DNA of 64,000 nucleotides from Hydrurus foetidus (lineage: Eukaryota). A program made the translations under genes and the position numbers. The stretch spans positions 62,001 through 126,000 of the forward strand of contig UYFQ01000335.1 of the NCBI GenBank assembly GCA_900617105.1, read 5' to 3'. The notes beneath the pieces are model-generated. The model saw only the letters and a list, made by a program, of their open reading frames with translations. It searched no databases and had not been told where the DNA came from. Every line of letters starts with the position of its first letter. Position 1 is the stretch's first letter. Below, in pieces: positions 1-12,527 of the stretch.

Positions 1-890
1 GAAATACTCTACCATCTTTCTCAGTTTTTAAATCTACGCCACGAGAAGAAAACCAGTCGTATGTTTCCCATGGTCCGAACTTCGCAGAAAGGGGTCCTAA
101 GAGTTCTTTACTCCCTCTGGGGTATCCCTATAAACAATGTAGAACATTCTTCAGAACAATTCAAAGAACATTCTTAAGAACATTCTTAAGAACATTCCTA
201 TGAACTTTCCTAACAGTGGTTCTAGATTCAATGAAGAGATATTCACAATTGCTATTGACATGGAGTGCATCATTAAGAACGTACCTTTGATATTTCAACT
301 GGACCTTTCATCGGATTGTGCATCACGTTACATCTTCCTCCACCTACACACGTTGAGTACGATTTGCGATGCATCTATTTACCTCTCATCATCTTATTCT
401 CTGATTTATTATTTGCTGAGGAGATTTGAATAGCTTGCTTGAAGAGTTGCTTCACAAAATTCATCAATATTACAGGAAAAATAGACATTTACAGGAGTAG
501 AAATTGCAAACCTGATATTAGTACTTTTGTCAGAGGCTTCTGTCCTGCTTCAAGAACAATCACCTGCGAACAGAGCCGCGATTGATTAAAGTCACCTTCA
601 GATGCTGAAGTAACAGAAAATTTCATGTATGGTCTGCACGATTCAATGAATGATAGATATACCTCATATCTCACGCTAGGTGATCCATCTGATTTCCTCT
701 GACTCTCACTCAGCAATTTGGCGCATTCAATAGCACTGAAGTAGCCAGCTGCACCACCACCGATGACAACAACAAGCTTCGTTGATTGTGCAGCCTTTGC
801 TGCAGATGATGACAGTCTTGCACTGGAAGTCAGCATCCTTGTTGTGATGTGTATCCCCAGTAACATGTTCAGAATAAGTGCTGTCTTCAT
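1..890 (-). CDS. HI0933/YhiN (BaiN-like) family NAD(P)/FAD-dependent oxidoreductase, 5' part, multi-exon; continues beyond window start
   Basis: Spliced translation gives VVIGGGAAG (FAD-binding), [23 protein letters not shown] (exon ~282-343) and [12 protein letters not shown]...[18 protein letters not shown] (exon ~1-128). These are HI0933-family motifs. Confidence 0.85.
140..198. repeat. Short ~12-bp tandem repeat (AGAACATTCTTA-like) in intron
   Basis: agaacattcttc agaacaattcaa agaacattctta agaacattctta agaacattcc seen directly. Confidence 0.8.
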
Positions 891-1192
891 GGACAGCTCT
901 ATCTCTGGAAGAAAAGTCTTTGGGGAACTTGTTCACTCCGGAGTGGCTAACGAAAGTTCTGCTATTGTTGATTGCTTCCGGATTTGATGGTGGAACTTAG
1001 ATGCTGTGTTCTTCTACTTTACTCTCTCTTAATGAACCGCTCTCACGCAAAAGGGGCTGCTATGAGAGCAAACTAAGATCCTCAGATGCAAATAGAGGTC
1101 AAATGGCACTTGTTGAAGGAATACAATGTGAAATGTGGAGTTCTCACTTGGAACTGTGGAAGAGATCAATTCGTTGGTGTAAATAGTAAATA

Positions 1193-1633
1193 CCGTCGAG
1201 TGCCATATGTTTTGTATTTTTTTATGGTATTAGGGCTTTTTGACTCTCTCAAAATCACGGTTATGAAATTTTGTCGAGACTTCCGGAAAAAAATATCTCA
1301 GTTAGCGAAGTGTCTCACGATAATCTGATAAAAGATTCGGATTCAGCGCAATTTTTTAAGGTAGATGGCTTATTTCAATTTCCATAAATGCTTTTGTGGG
1401 TCGAGAAATACAGCTCCGCCGGTACCGACTCCGATCACAGCAGCTCAATTTGCAGCCGCTGCACTTTTCTGAGACATTGTCCACCATAATAAATTCTGTA
1501 GAGAATTGATTTCCCTACTCGAATTGTCAATAAAGTCGTGAAACGAACGGTGGGATTTCATAAAATTTGCCAAAAACTATCGAAAAAAACGAAATCGGCG
1601 AAAACGAAATACAAAACATATGGCACTCGACGG
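1193..1633. mobile_element. 441-bp MITE (non-autonomous pogo/Tc1-mariner-type)
   Basis: Perfect 27-bp TIR CCGTCGAGTGCCATATGTTTTGTATTT at both ends, flanked by TA (1191-1192 and 1634-1635). The TIR equals the left TIR of the transposon at 28525-32622. Confidence 0.92.
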
Positions 1634-1895
1634 TAGTGCGCGCACGTACGACAGCTACTCGTACAGTACACTTCATTTGAACTGTCGACACTCTAACTTC
1701 TGACTCCTTCTCTCGTTGCTTATTGATTGTGAGTTGCAATCTCTATATTTGAGAAATGACTTGCCCTTGCTGGGATGGAGCTGTCCGAAAGGAAACAAAA
1801 TGACTGTGGGTTGACGTGTTCATCATTTTCCCTCTCGAACTTCTCACTTAGTGGTCTTAGTACATCATTAAGCTGTAGACTGTAGAAGTTCTGAG

Positions 1896-4800
1896 ATGAA
1901 AAGAAAGCAAGTAGAGCTGACCAATACTCGAGTAGTATGTCATATTGACATGGATTGCTTCTACGTTCAAGTGGAGAGGGGCATTAATCCAAAATTGCTG
2001 GGCCGACCTGTTGGTGTCAGCCAGTACAACCCTTTTGGTGACTTAAAAACTGTAAAGCCCCACGAATGCCGCATTGACATAAGTAACGGATCGCTGATAG
2101 CTGTAAGCTATGAAGCGCGAGCTCAAGGAGTCAAAAGAAATATGAGAGGTGCAGAGGCGAAAGTAGTCTGCCCTGATCTTGTTCTCGTTCAAGTGCCAAC
2201 AGATCACGGGAAAGCAGATCTTAATATTTACAGAGAAGCAGGTATTCCTAGCTGTTCTGTTTCATGAATGAACCGTTGTGCTGCATAGCATTATATTACT
2301 CATCAACGATGATTCGTTGCGAAATAATTTTGTTTCTTCTGTTTCGGTCCGGAATATAATAGGAGCGAAAGTTGTCGCAATACTAGGTAAAGTAATAAAG
2401 AGCGCGATCATTGAGAAAGCTTCAATAGATGAAGTTTACTTGGATGTAACAGAGGAAGCAACGCGAAGATTGAATGCTATGAAAGACAATCAGCTGGCAT
2501 TTACAGCCGTAATTAACCAAGCGAGAGCTTCGTCACTTGCTGGTGAGGATGCAGTTGAGATGCAAATGACAAAAAATACTTTGAGAAAAGGTCATTCCGG
2601 GACTAAGAAAGAAGGGGAGGGAGAATTAGAAGGAGGCAATATCCGGGATTGGTTTGATCAACCAAACTTTATGTGGAATCAAGACGACAAACTGCTTCTT
2701 TTTGGGGCCATTATATGTGACGAGCTGAGATCAGAAGTATTGAAACAATTAAATTATTCCTGCTCTGGTGGTGTGGCTCATAATAAAATGTTGAGCAAAA
2801 TAGCAAGTGCGATGCATAAGCCAAACAAGCAAACATTAGTGCCATCCTGTGCTGTTCAGAATATGATGACATGTCTTCCTATCAGCAGGGTAGCCGGGTT
2901 TGGCGGGAAACTCGGTGACTCTTTGGCTGACTTTGGCGGGAGAAAAATTGAAAAGTTCAGTGACATAATAGAGATAGGAAAGGCAGAGCTGAGTGCTACT
3001 TTCGGAGAGGAAACAACTGTGTGGATGTTGAACGCTGCTGCTGGTATCGATCACACTCCCGTGGAACAGAGAGCATTAACAGCTAGTATTGGATGCGGGA
3101 AATCTTACAGACAAAAAAACACATTACCTCCTGCAGCGTTACAAGATGGAAGAGTTTTACACTGGCTGAGAGAACTTTCCGAAGAGCTTGAAGAAAGAGT
3201 TCAGATGGACACTGCAATGCACTCTAGAAAACCCAAACAAATGACAGTCGGATTGTCTATCGCATATGTAGTCCCCCCTAAACCCCCAGGTGATACAACA
3301 GATCCGGTTAAGAAATGGCACGATTCTCAAGGGATGAGTTTGTCTAAAGTGGGTCCTATGTGTGTGGGTGCAGTTGCTGTTTCAAAGGCGGCACTTGCCA
3401 TGGCGGTGAGAGCTGTGACGGACTCCACTCGATTGAATAAACCGTGGAACATCACCTACATCTCTTTAAGTGCGTCAGGATTTGTCCCAGTTGCTAACGA
3501 ATCTCAAGCGATTTCTTCTTTTTTCAAACAAGCCCCTAGCCCTTCTAAGATCGCATGCAGATCGCATCTATCCGGTAGTGTGGGATCGGACGTACGTACT
3601 TCCTCCTCTTCTAGTTCTGGTTCTCAGAGACATTCCAACAATTGTGACCCAAGGATTCTATTGAACACAACATCTGCTGGTTCTGATGATCTTGAAACCA
3701 CTTCTGTGAGTAATCAGTCTACGGTGCATTCATCTGTAGTAGCTGCTACGGATTACTCTTCAATTACCGGTGATAACGGAGGGATGGTTACGGCTGATAT
3801 CGGCCAACCTCTCCCCACCACACATCAACATGAACATGAACATCAGAATGACGTGAGTGGCGTAGCGGTGGTTCTTGGGTCAGATTCCACTTCAAATGCA
3901 ACACATTGTGAGAAGAGTGGGAAGACTGCTGATCATTTCTATGCTGATGATGATGACGATGATGGTGAAGACAGTGGTATTGGAGATTTGAGGGAGATCT
4001 CTACGTATTATTCCAATCGGTCATTACAGAACACTTATACAGGGAGAAGAGAGGAAAATAACCCGCAGTGCAGACCTGTTGAAAGCAGTGATGTTGTTAC
4101 AGTCAGTGTTAGAAAGCCATTGACTGATACGGGGAGCGACCATGTCACAAGAGTGTGTGACAATGATGTTAGTGGCAGTGCTGCTGATGTAAAAAGGCCG
4201 AGGGGTAGTGCCTGTGATGATTTGAAAGGCAGTGATGACAGCGGTAGGATACCTAGTCCGTTCATGGGTAACATAGTGAATGGCGATGTTGCTAGTGATG
4301 AGAGGGAAACGCATTCATCCGACAGAGACCACAACGATGACAGCGATGGTGACAGTCAAGGAAGGACTAGCAACAGTAACGACAACAATGATATCAGCAA
4401 CATTGGAACCAATAACAGCAGCAGTAGCAGTGGCAACAGCAATAACAACAACAACATATCTGCTCATGAAATAGACATGGACGTGTTCAACGCCCTTCCT
4501 ATCGAGATGCAAAGGGAACTCTCCACCGCATTTCAAATTCCGTTTAAGTCTTCACCTCTTCCGGAAGCGAAAAAACTTATTCCGAAAATTGTTTCCATCC
4601 CTAAAGGACAGAAAAATACTGCAAAAAATGTCCGAATTATTCCGGATAAAAATGCGAGCAGCGTGTCGATATCTTCATTTCTTGGAGGTTCTCTAGGCGA
4701 TGGTGGTGTTCCCAGTCTAGATGATGACGATGATGAAATTCAATTCCTGGACGACAGGTACAGTGGCTTTTGCTCTATTACAACATCACGTCTATTTGCA

Positions 4801-5076
4801 CTTCCCATATATGTATGTAGCCGTACATGATATGCATAATAAGTTCTTACCAACTAATCGATCTATTCATCGTCATGCAGAAGGGATGCTATCAAGACAA
4901 ATCGCAGCAGTTACGACAATCAAAATGTCAGTAACAGCAATAACGGCAACAACAGAAATAGCAGCAGCTTGAATAGGATTTCCACTTCGAACTCGTCTCA
5001 TCTCACTATTGGTCAACAGATGGATTTGAAGCTCAAAAGAGCAAACGGCATTGAACGGTTCTACGGGAAGTGGTAA
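1896..5076 (+). CDS. POLH: Y-family DNA polymerase eta; exons ~1896-2241, 2363-4757, 4881-5076
   Basis: HIDMDCFYVQVE, IAVSYEAR, ASIDEVYLD, HNKMLSKIASAMHKPNKQT motifs. UBM-like IDMDVFNALPIEMQREL. C-terminal PIP-like IERFY after splicing. Both GT-AG introns join in frame. Confidence 0.9.
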
Positions 5077-5274
5077 ATAGTTGCCGGTCATTCATATACG
5101 GTTATTTCCACAGACTTTGTGCTCTAAATTTTAATTATTAACAAACCCCGAACTGTTATAAATTGATAAAATTTAAGTTTATATTATGTGTTTTTTGTTA
5201 TAAATTGATAATATGTATGTCTCTGTGCATCAACTATTCAGGCATGAAAAATAAGAGAGGGTATTCTCAATGCA

Positions 5275-6552
5275 TCATTTCACTAAATTGTTCTTTTTCG
5301 TCACAAGTTTTTCAAACGGGAATCCAACACGCCAGTCGGGATCCAAGATTTCTCCTTCAAGTACCCAGTAACCGATCTCAGTATTAGATGCAATTTCAGG
5401 TTTATCAGCTTTTACTCTGTCACATTTTACGTCTGAATTTTTCGTAGCGGAGTCACTCATTGTGTTCTCTTGTTGGCAATCAAATTGATGAGAGTTCTTA
5501 GGAGTAGTTTCTCTTTCATCTTCTGCAGAACTAGAAGGAACGAATTTGCATGAAGTGTAATAGCCCGGCGTCGAGGTGAAATGATCATGATCTTCAATCC
5601 AATACTCCTCAGGAATTACTCTGAAATCAAGGCTAATTCTGGTCTGATCGGTCGTATTTTCAGCGGTAAAATGGGAGCACTGTGATCCGTAAAATCTCTT
5701 CAAACTACCGTATTCTAATTCAATTGTGTGCCAATCCTCCAGCCCTGGCGATGACTCTAGTATTAAGCTATTCGTCCCAAAGATCTTTGTCAACGGAACG
5801 TAGAAGTTGATATTTGCTTGGCTGAATCCATAGGAAGCATCACAGTGTGGCCCTATGCTAAATTCGCCAGGTCGAACAACTCTAATGCAGGGGAAACTCT
5901 GAAAATAAATTCTCCTGCTTCGTGTCACAGACTTCACATGCGGCGCTATAAATTTCAGAACAAAGTCCACAAAATTGAAGTGAAAGGGTTTCCTTCTGAT
6001 GGGATCTAGTATAGACTGCAGCAGAGTGCGTTTCTCATGCCTGTCTTTCAGACGACCTTTATCTTGACTGTAACGTTGATGAAGGAGTGCTAGGTCCTCG
6101 GTAGACTTCCCCATCATTGTCGCGAATGATTCTCGAAGTGGGTATTTGATGATATCAAAATTTACATCGAGTTCTGCTGCAAAAAGCCTGAATGACTCGT
6201 CGCATACATCTGTCAGAACTCGATAACCACACTTCTGGCTATCAAGAGTCTGAAAGTGAAGCCGAGTATCACGGCACTTTTTGATGTCGTCCTCCATTAC
6301 TGCAAGAAGAGGACCATCGAATACTATATGTTCACTCCCGTTCGTGACCTCAAGTAAACGCTTCGAAAGCCACACATATCCTGTGGAAGTGCAGTCAGTA
6401 ATGACATCTGAGCGGTCACCCAACGCTTGATGATCAAAGTGTAGAGTAGAAAACTTGCTTGTATGCAGTATTCGAAGACACATGGACTGCCGCAATGACA
6501 ATTCTCGATCGGTAGGGGCGACTGCGATTTCTCGCGCTCCAAAGCGACACAA
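5275..6552 (-). CDS. Putative 2OG-Fe(II)/PhyH-like dioxygenase (start uncertain)
   Basis: 425-aa ORF with FQSFPCIRV, PHCD (HxD), INFYVPLT, a distal His (CSHF) and TRISLDFRV, matching the DSBH dioxygenase pattern. Confidence 0.6.
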   Translation of the reverse strand: MCRFGAREIAVAPTDRELSLRQSMCLRILHTSKFSTLHFDHQALGDRSDVITDCTSTGYVWLSKRLLEVTNGSEHIVFDGPLLAVMEDDIKKCRDTRLHFQTLDSQKCGYRVLTDVCDESFRLFAAELDVNFDIIKYPLRESFATMMGKSTEDLALLHQRYSQDKGRLKDRHEKRTLLQSILDPIRRKPFHFNFVDFVLKFIAPHVKSVTRSRRIYFQSFPCIRVVRPGEFSIGPHCDASYGFSQANINFYVPLTKIFGTNSLILESSPGLEDWHTIELEYGSLKRFYGSQCSHFTAENTTDQTRISLDFRVIPEEYWIEDHDHFTSTPGYYTSCKFVPSSSAEDERETTPKNSHQFDCQQENTMSDSATKNSDVKCDRVKADKPEIASNTEIGYWVLEGEILDPDWRVGFPFEKLVTKKNNLVK

Positions 6553-7136
6553 TTCAAGCGGAGGAGTACATGGTAACTTCTCAGCAACATTCTACATATT
6601 GTTTACTGAAAGCCTCTCCAGTGTTCGCTACGCACTGTGCAGTGTGCAGTCCATAATGAACTTTACCGTAAGTGCCGTATGCTTTGCGGCGGGGGCTTTT
6701 TCGCGACGGTAGATAATTTTGATGACGTATATCTAAGACTGTTCCATTAGATTTATGATTGCGCAAGTCCTCCTGCAAATTTTAAAAAAAGGGTAATTGT
6801 TTCCCGAGAGCTCATGATCATATCCGACATAGACAAGAAATCGACGCAACCCCCAGAATACTCCCTAAAGGATGTATATCGTGAAAGTTGAAGTGCCCCG
6901 GTTATTGAAAAGTAATGAACCTTTTCTTATCTTTAAAAAACACGGAACATGACCAAAATTTGAATCGAATTGTTTGTTAACAATGCCGATGAAGTCCATG
7001 AAGTGCCAGAGTATTCACATATAATATTTGTTATCTCAACGCTTTGCTCCCCGAAGCTGGGTTTTCCGATTCAGCTCCGGTTGCTGCACGATTTCGATCC
7101 TGAATTGTGAAGTACATTTCAAGATGAGATCAACTT

Positions 7137-7988
7137 TCAGTCATAATATGCAAGCTTATATGGACTCAATATCCAAGTTGTCAAGGATATTCTCACCTGA
7201 CGTGCTCCGAACCCTGCAGCGTGAGCCGTTGAGTGAGCGCTCGGCCTGGAGTCCCTATCGGCTGTACTTTCTATTTTTGAAAGACTGTCTTCGAGAGCCT
7301 TCGTATTGGTAATCCTTTTCTTACGCTGAGAACTATCTTCATCCTCCAACTTTATCGCCGCTTTTTTGGAGGTTTGAATAGACCTTTTGTAAGTATGCAC
7401 TGGTGGATATCGAGGCAAAAAGTCTGGAACATGAGCCCCTTTAATTCGATCACCAGAGATAATTTCTTCGTGTCGCCTCTTTTGGCGTTCGGGGAAGTCA
7501 GACACAGTGTGAGGAAATGGCTGAGACCATCGCACTTTTGATTCTTGAGTAGGAATTTTGACGTTTTCGAAAGCGAAATCCCTCAAGTTCTTCCAAGAGT
7601 CCAGCCTAGACTTCTCCCAAAGTGTTGATGAGAGACTTTATTAAATCTTGAATAAGAAACTTAGAATGTGATCCATGACTGATAATTTTCGCGCTAGGAA
7701 ACATACCGAATCGCCCAGAACTGACATAAGGTCTTGAATTCCTGGATGAACTCTTCCTGACGTCTCACTACTTTCTAATAGGTTGGCTGATATTGACTGG
7801 ATGTAATGTCGAACTAGATCAGCGAGGCAATCCAAGGTTGTTATCTGTGTTTCCTTGTACCCTGCAGTCATAATAACAGTCTTAAGCTGTCGGCTTGTGG
7901 GTAACAACTGGGTAGCTATTTTACCTAATGCCACGCAGGCTCTTGCCACTGCCTGATTAGTTATTTCTCGGGCATAGGCGTCTGCCAT
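7137..7988 (-). CDS. TAF8: TFIID subunit 8-like (bromodomain-associated histone fold + TAF8 C-terminal motif); multi-exon, 3' end uncertain
   Basis: N-terminal AVARACVALG...LDCLADLVRHYIQSI...SGR histone fold; HVPDFLPRYPPVHTYKRS matches the TAF8_C motif. Confidence 0.75.
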
Positions 7989-8346
7989 AGTATTTCAAAT
8001 TCCGCTTTTTGCTGATCACGATAAGACGCTGCAAGCTGTTAGATGTTGAGGTTGACTTTCATACTTTTAAGAATGAGCGGAGGCTTGCTTATAATTCCGC
8101 AGTAATACCCCATATGTACCGCGATATTTTGTATTTTGTGAGTGATAAATTGGCGGATATTTGGCACAGTTTCTGTAGACTGAATCCTGGAACATCCCGA
8201 ATCTGAGGAAGGTACTGCATGCGGTATGCTCACCAGATCAATGAGAGGGCCATTGAGGTACAATTTAGTGATTCATAATAGATTTTTCGAGCTGTCACTC
8301 TCGACCAGCCTGGAGCTAAGTCGTAGCAGAGAGAAGCAACGGGAAA

Positions 8347-11300
8347 ATGCTGCATTTTGGATCAATTCTAATCACATGGGCTATTGCAATCTGCATGATA
8401 CTTCAATCGTGTCAATCCTTTCAGAGCCAGATGCGAGGTAGTTTGAGGAGTTCTCGACTTCATCGCCTATACGACTCGAGGCTAGATGTTGTCGTGAAAC
8501 CATGGTCAAGGAGAGACGCAGAATCATCCGAATTTCAAAGGGACCAGTCAGTTCGAAAGCTACTGGATATGTTGAACAGTCGCTCAGTTTCTTCACGGGA
8601 GGCAAAGAAAACATTCGAAACAATTTTATCAAACTGGCAAGATTTTCATCTATCAGAAATCGGATGGCATCGACTTTTAGATGGGGCAATTAGGTGGCGG
8701 TATCCTTCGTATGCCATTAGTTCATTTGAAATCATGACACAGCAGGGGATTGTCTGCCCGGCATATTTGATGACCTCTCTTTTACAGCTGATATGTGTAT
8801 CGGGATTTCAAGATGAAGCTCTGGCATTATTCGATTCCGGTGTAGCTGCTGGTTTGGAGCCGAGCGTGCACTGTTTCTCTCCTCTGCTGAAAAGTTGCGG
8901 CACAGCTCAGAAGGCAAGGGATTTACTGCAGAGGATGGAATTCGTGGGAATTCAGGCAAATGTCATTAGTTATACTGCTGCCATAAAGTCATGCGAGATC
9001 ACAGGGGATTGGAGGAGCGCTCTTGAGCTTCTAGATTTGATGAGAGCTTCTGGTGTTGCTGCCAACGAGATCACTTACTGTTGTGCCATTAACGTGGCAT
9101 CAAAGGGCAATGCGGGAGATATTGCTGTGAATATTCTTCGAGAAATGCTTAGTCTAGGATTCCCGCCAAACTTGCTTTGTTACGGAAGTGCCCTGACAGG
9201 GTGTGCGAAGGTTCGAATATGGAGTATTATATTCTTCAATTTAGCACTCTCAATCAACTTTTTCATGTATCATAATGTTCAACAGGTCGGAATGTGGCAC
9301 GAAGTAGAGATTTTACTGGACGAGATGGAATCATTTGGCATTCCACTTCAAGAGAGCGTCATAATATCCGTGTTGAATGTTTGTCGTGGTCAGTACGCAT
9401 CTTTCAGAACATTGGACTCCGGTTCCTACGGGGATAACAATTCGGGTCAGAACAGTGTCCTCACTAGTGGTAGCAGTGATATGAGAAGTAAAGTGACGAC
9501 TTGCCAGTGGGCTAGAGCCCTTTGGCTGATAGAGAACTATGGACTTCGAGCAGCTAATGTCACGGAAAGCATGTATACAATGGCCATGGATGTGTGTGAA
9601 AGTGGTGGAAGGTGAGAGCCATCTCGAAGATTTTAGTGAGAGAGCGACATGAGCAACGCATAGCTCCTGTTTGTATAGACTCTGTTTGACATACCCTCTT
9701 ATGGCACCGATGGTATTGCCAATCAAGTCTTCCTAATCATATTTCGGCCCAACTTAACGCACTCACTCCGCTGTGTCATCCTAGGTACAATGAAGTAGTG
9801 TCTACCTATCATATGATGATGGCACACAAAATACAGCCTAGCAAGAGTTCCTTCAGTTTCGCCCTTAGAGCCTGCTCCTTTCTGCGAGATGGTGAGCAAG
9901 CTGTGAAAGTCATCAGAGGTGCCCAGTCAGCAGGGACCGCCACCGCCTTCATGTACAACTCTACCTTGGTGCTACTGGACAACATGAAGAGGAATGATAT
10001 GGCGTTAAAGGTGCTGCGTGACATCTTATCCATCGGAGCTGTTAGTGATGTCTCCTCAACGATAGGGGTAGGGGCGAGCAACGTGTGGTCATCCACTGAA
10101 GAAGAAGACACCCTCTCTGCCACATCTTCCAATGGCCACGCACAAATCAGTAGAATGAGAATGCCTCCTGGATGGTTAACACGGAGGATCATAACAGGCG
10201 CTCTACAGAACCTTACCGAGAACTTCGCGACTTATTTCACGGAGATGAAAGGTGGTCGACTGTCACCCTCTTTGGAACTACGACCATTTGTTAGTGACGT
10301 TGCAGAGGTGCTGAGGGGGACTGTGCATGACCGCAACCTCTATCTAAGTACGAGTGCATATCCTATGGCGAACAAGATTCTTCTGGACTGCAGTGATTTC
10401 GACACATTACTAGTACTGCTCAACCACACCCTCTACAAACCTGAAGTCAACACGACCAGATTGTACGATTTTGCATTGAAGAGCTTGTTGAAGGAAAACC
10501 CTTCGGAGAAAAGCATAGACGTAATCCTGTCGTTTGTCGGTGACATCGTCAAAGCCTCGATACCCTTGTATGCGAGCACCTTACTCTTGGATGCGATGGA
10601 GAGGCTCACTACGTCTAAGATCAAGTCGACATTGAAGCTGTCCGATTTCTCCACGTCACCTTCCATCTACACAGACAATGAATCTGTGCTGCTGAGAGGA
10701 GTCGTTCCTAAGAGAGGCAGTGACGTACACGAAATAGTACGGGCACATCTTATTCTGCGTCTGTTTAATGGAGGTCGTAAACTGCTCTCCCCTAGTCTGC
10801 CGAACCGCGCTTACAACATAGTCGCTTTAGCTTTTAAGAAAGCCAATCTTCCTTTCATGACGCTGAACCTGTACCGCTTGGTGCAGGAGAGTGGCATCGA
10901 TGATAAAGCACTGAGAAACACGATTACATACACCCTTGCACGATCCAGCGAGCACTGGGATGTGGCCATTGAAATACTGGAAGACATGCGCAAGACGATG
11001 GGAGGGATCTCTGACCGCAGCATGTACTTCTCTGCCTTCACTGCATGTGACTACGGCCGTGACTGGGAGCAGGCTATCTTTCTCCTGAACAGAATGCAGG
11101 AGGATGGACACTCTCTCTGCACAGTGTCGGTGACAAGTGTGATCACTGCATGCGCTACATGCGGTCAAGCGGATGAGGCTTTGCGTCTGCTTCACATGAT
11201 GGAAGACAAGGGCATAGTGCGAACTGTATGGACATACAACGCCGCCATATCTGCCTGCGCAAAGAGTGGCAATTGGAAAGGTGCTCTGGGAATATTTGAA

Positions 11301-12065
11301 AAGATGAGGGTAAATTCTCTCGAGAACGAAGAGGCGTCATCAGCAATGAAAGCCGAAAAAGGTCCAGCTATCTTAGCAAGCGGATCCTTGGAAGATGCAA
11401 AATCTGATGGGGTATACAGCCAAGTCGAAGAGAACATTACAGATTCCGGTGATTCAAACGAGGAGTTTGAAGACGAAACAGATTACGAAGACGATGTAGA
11501 GGAGGAGGAGGAAGAAGAAGAAGAAGAAGGATGGGATGAAAGTCACAATTCTAATTTTGATATTACCCTGGGGACAGGAGACTACGAAGTACGTGAGGCA
11601 AAGTTAGAGGGTGTGGAGGAAGTGGGATTGTTTCATGCTATGAGAGGTGTGGCCAATAAAGTGACGTACAACACACTGATAGAGGCGTTGGGTGAAGGTG
11701 GTCAGGTAATCCTCGTAGATGAGTTGTATAGGGAAGCAGTTGAGAACAGCATTGTCAACCCTCTGTCTGACTTCGACAAGGGCTGGATTGATCTACACGG
11801 ACACTCCGTACACATGGCCAAAGCTGCTATTAGATTTTCTTTCGAGTCTCTCCTCACCACAGAAAGGAAAACCACATCCCATCAGAAAGGAGTATCTGTG
11901 ATAGTGGGAAAGGGCGCCAAGCTTGTCACTGCCATACAGAGAGTGTTAGCGGAGGACTTCCATCCCTCTATCCGGTCACATGTGTCTCAAATAAACTCGG
12001 GGCGTATACTGTTATCCGCGGTAGATATCGAGAAATGGCTGTCTATTCACCGATCTCTTCGCTGA
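8347..12065 (+). CDS. Pentatricopeptide-repeat protein with C-terminal Smr domain (PPR-SMR), N-terminal signal peptide; exons ~8347-9210, 9286-9611, 9785-12065
   Basis: Many PPR motifs (ISYTAAIKSC, TYNAAISACAKSGNWKGAL, TYNTLIEAL). Smr motifs IDLHGHSVHMAKAAI and VIVGKG. Hydrophobic N-terminus ending CQSF. Confidence 0.88.
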
Positions 12066-12527
12066 TAAAGTGTGCGTCACAATATGAGGAGTCTTACACC
12101 AAATTATTCAACATCATATCTGACATTGGCTTCAAGAAGAATTAAGAGATATCATCAACATGCAGAGTGGCCTAGACATACAAACTCCTCGATTACATTT
12201 ACTCAAAGATTAAGATTGACGGAGAGACAGTAGGTAGCGGATTTCTCGTATTTTCGAAAACTAGAGAACACAGTTTGGAGATATTACGGATCGATGGAGA
12301 AATGTCTTTTTGGACAGAGAGAAAGAGAAACAAAAATCTAGGAAGTGGAAGGCCATCTTTTCTATTCCCAGCTACCTTCTCTAATATCACCCACACCAGC
12401 AACGAGGGTAGATACACAATTCTATCAATGCGATGATACTCTCTGGTAGAGCGATGCAGTGCAGTGCAGTTCAGTGCAGTGCAGTTTAGCATTCTCTACT
12501 CTAACGTCTCAGAGCGGCAGTGTCTGA

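Noticed and set aside
140..198. Repeat array as possible CRISPR
   Set aside because: Contiguous 12-bp units without spacers, inside a eukaryotic intron; no cas genes.
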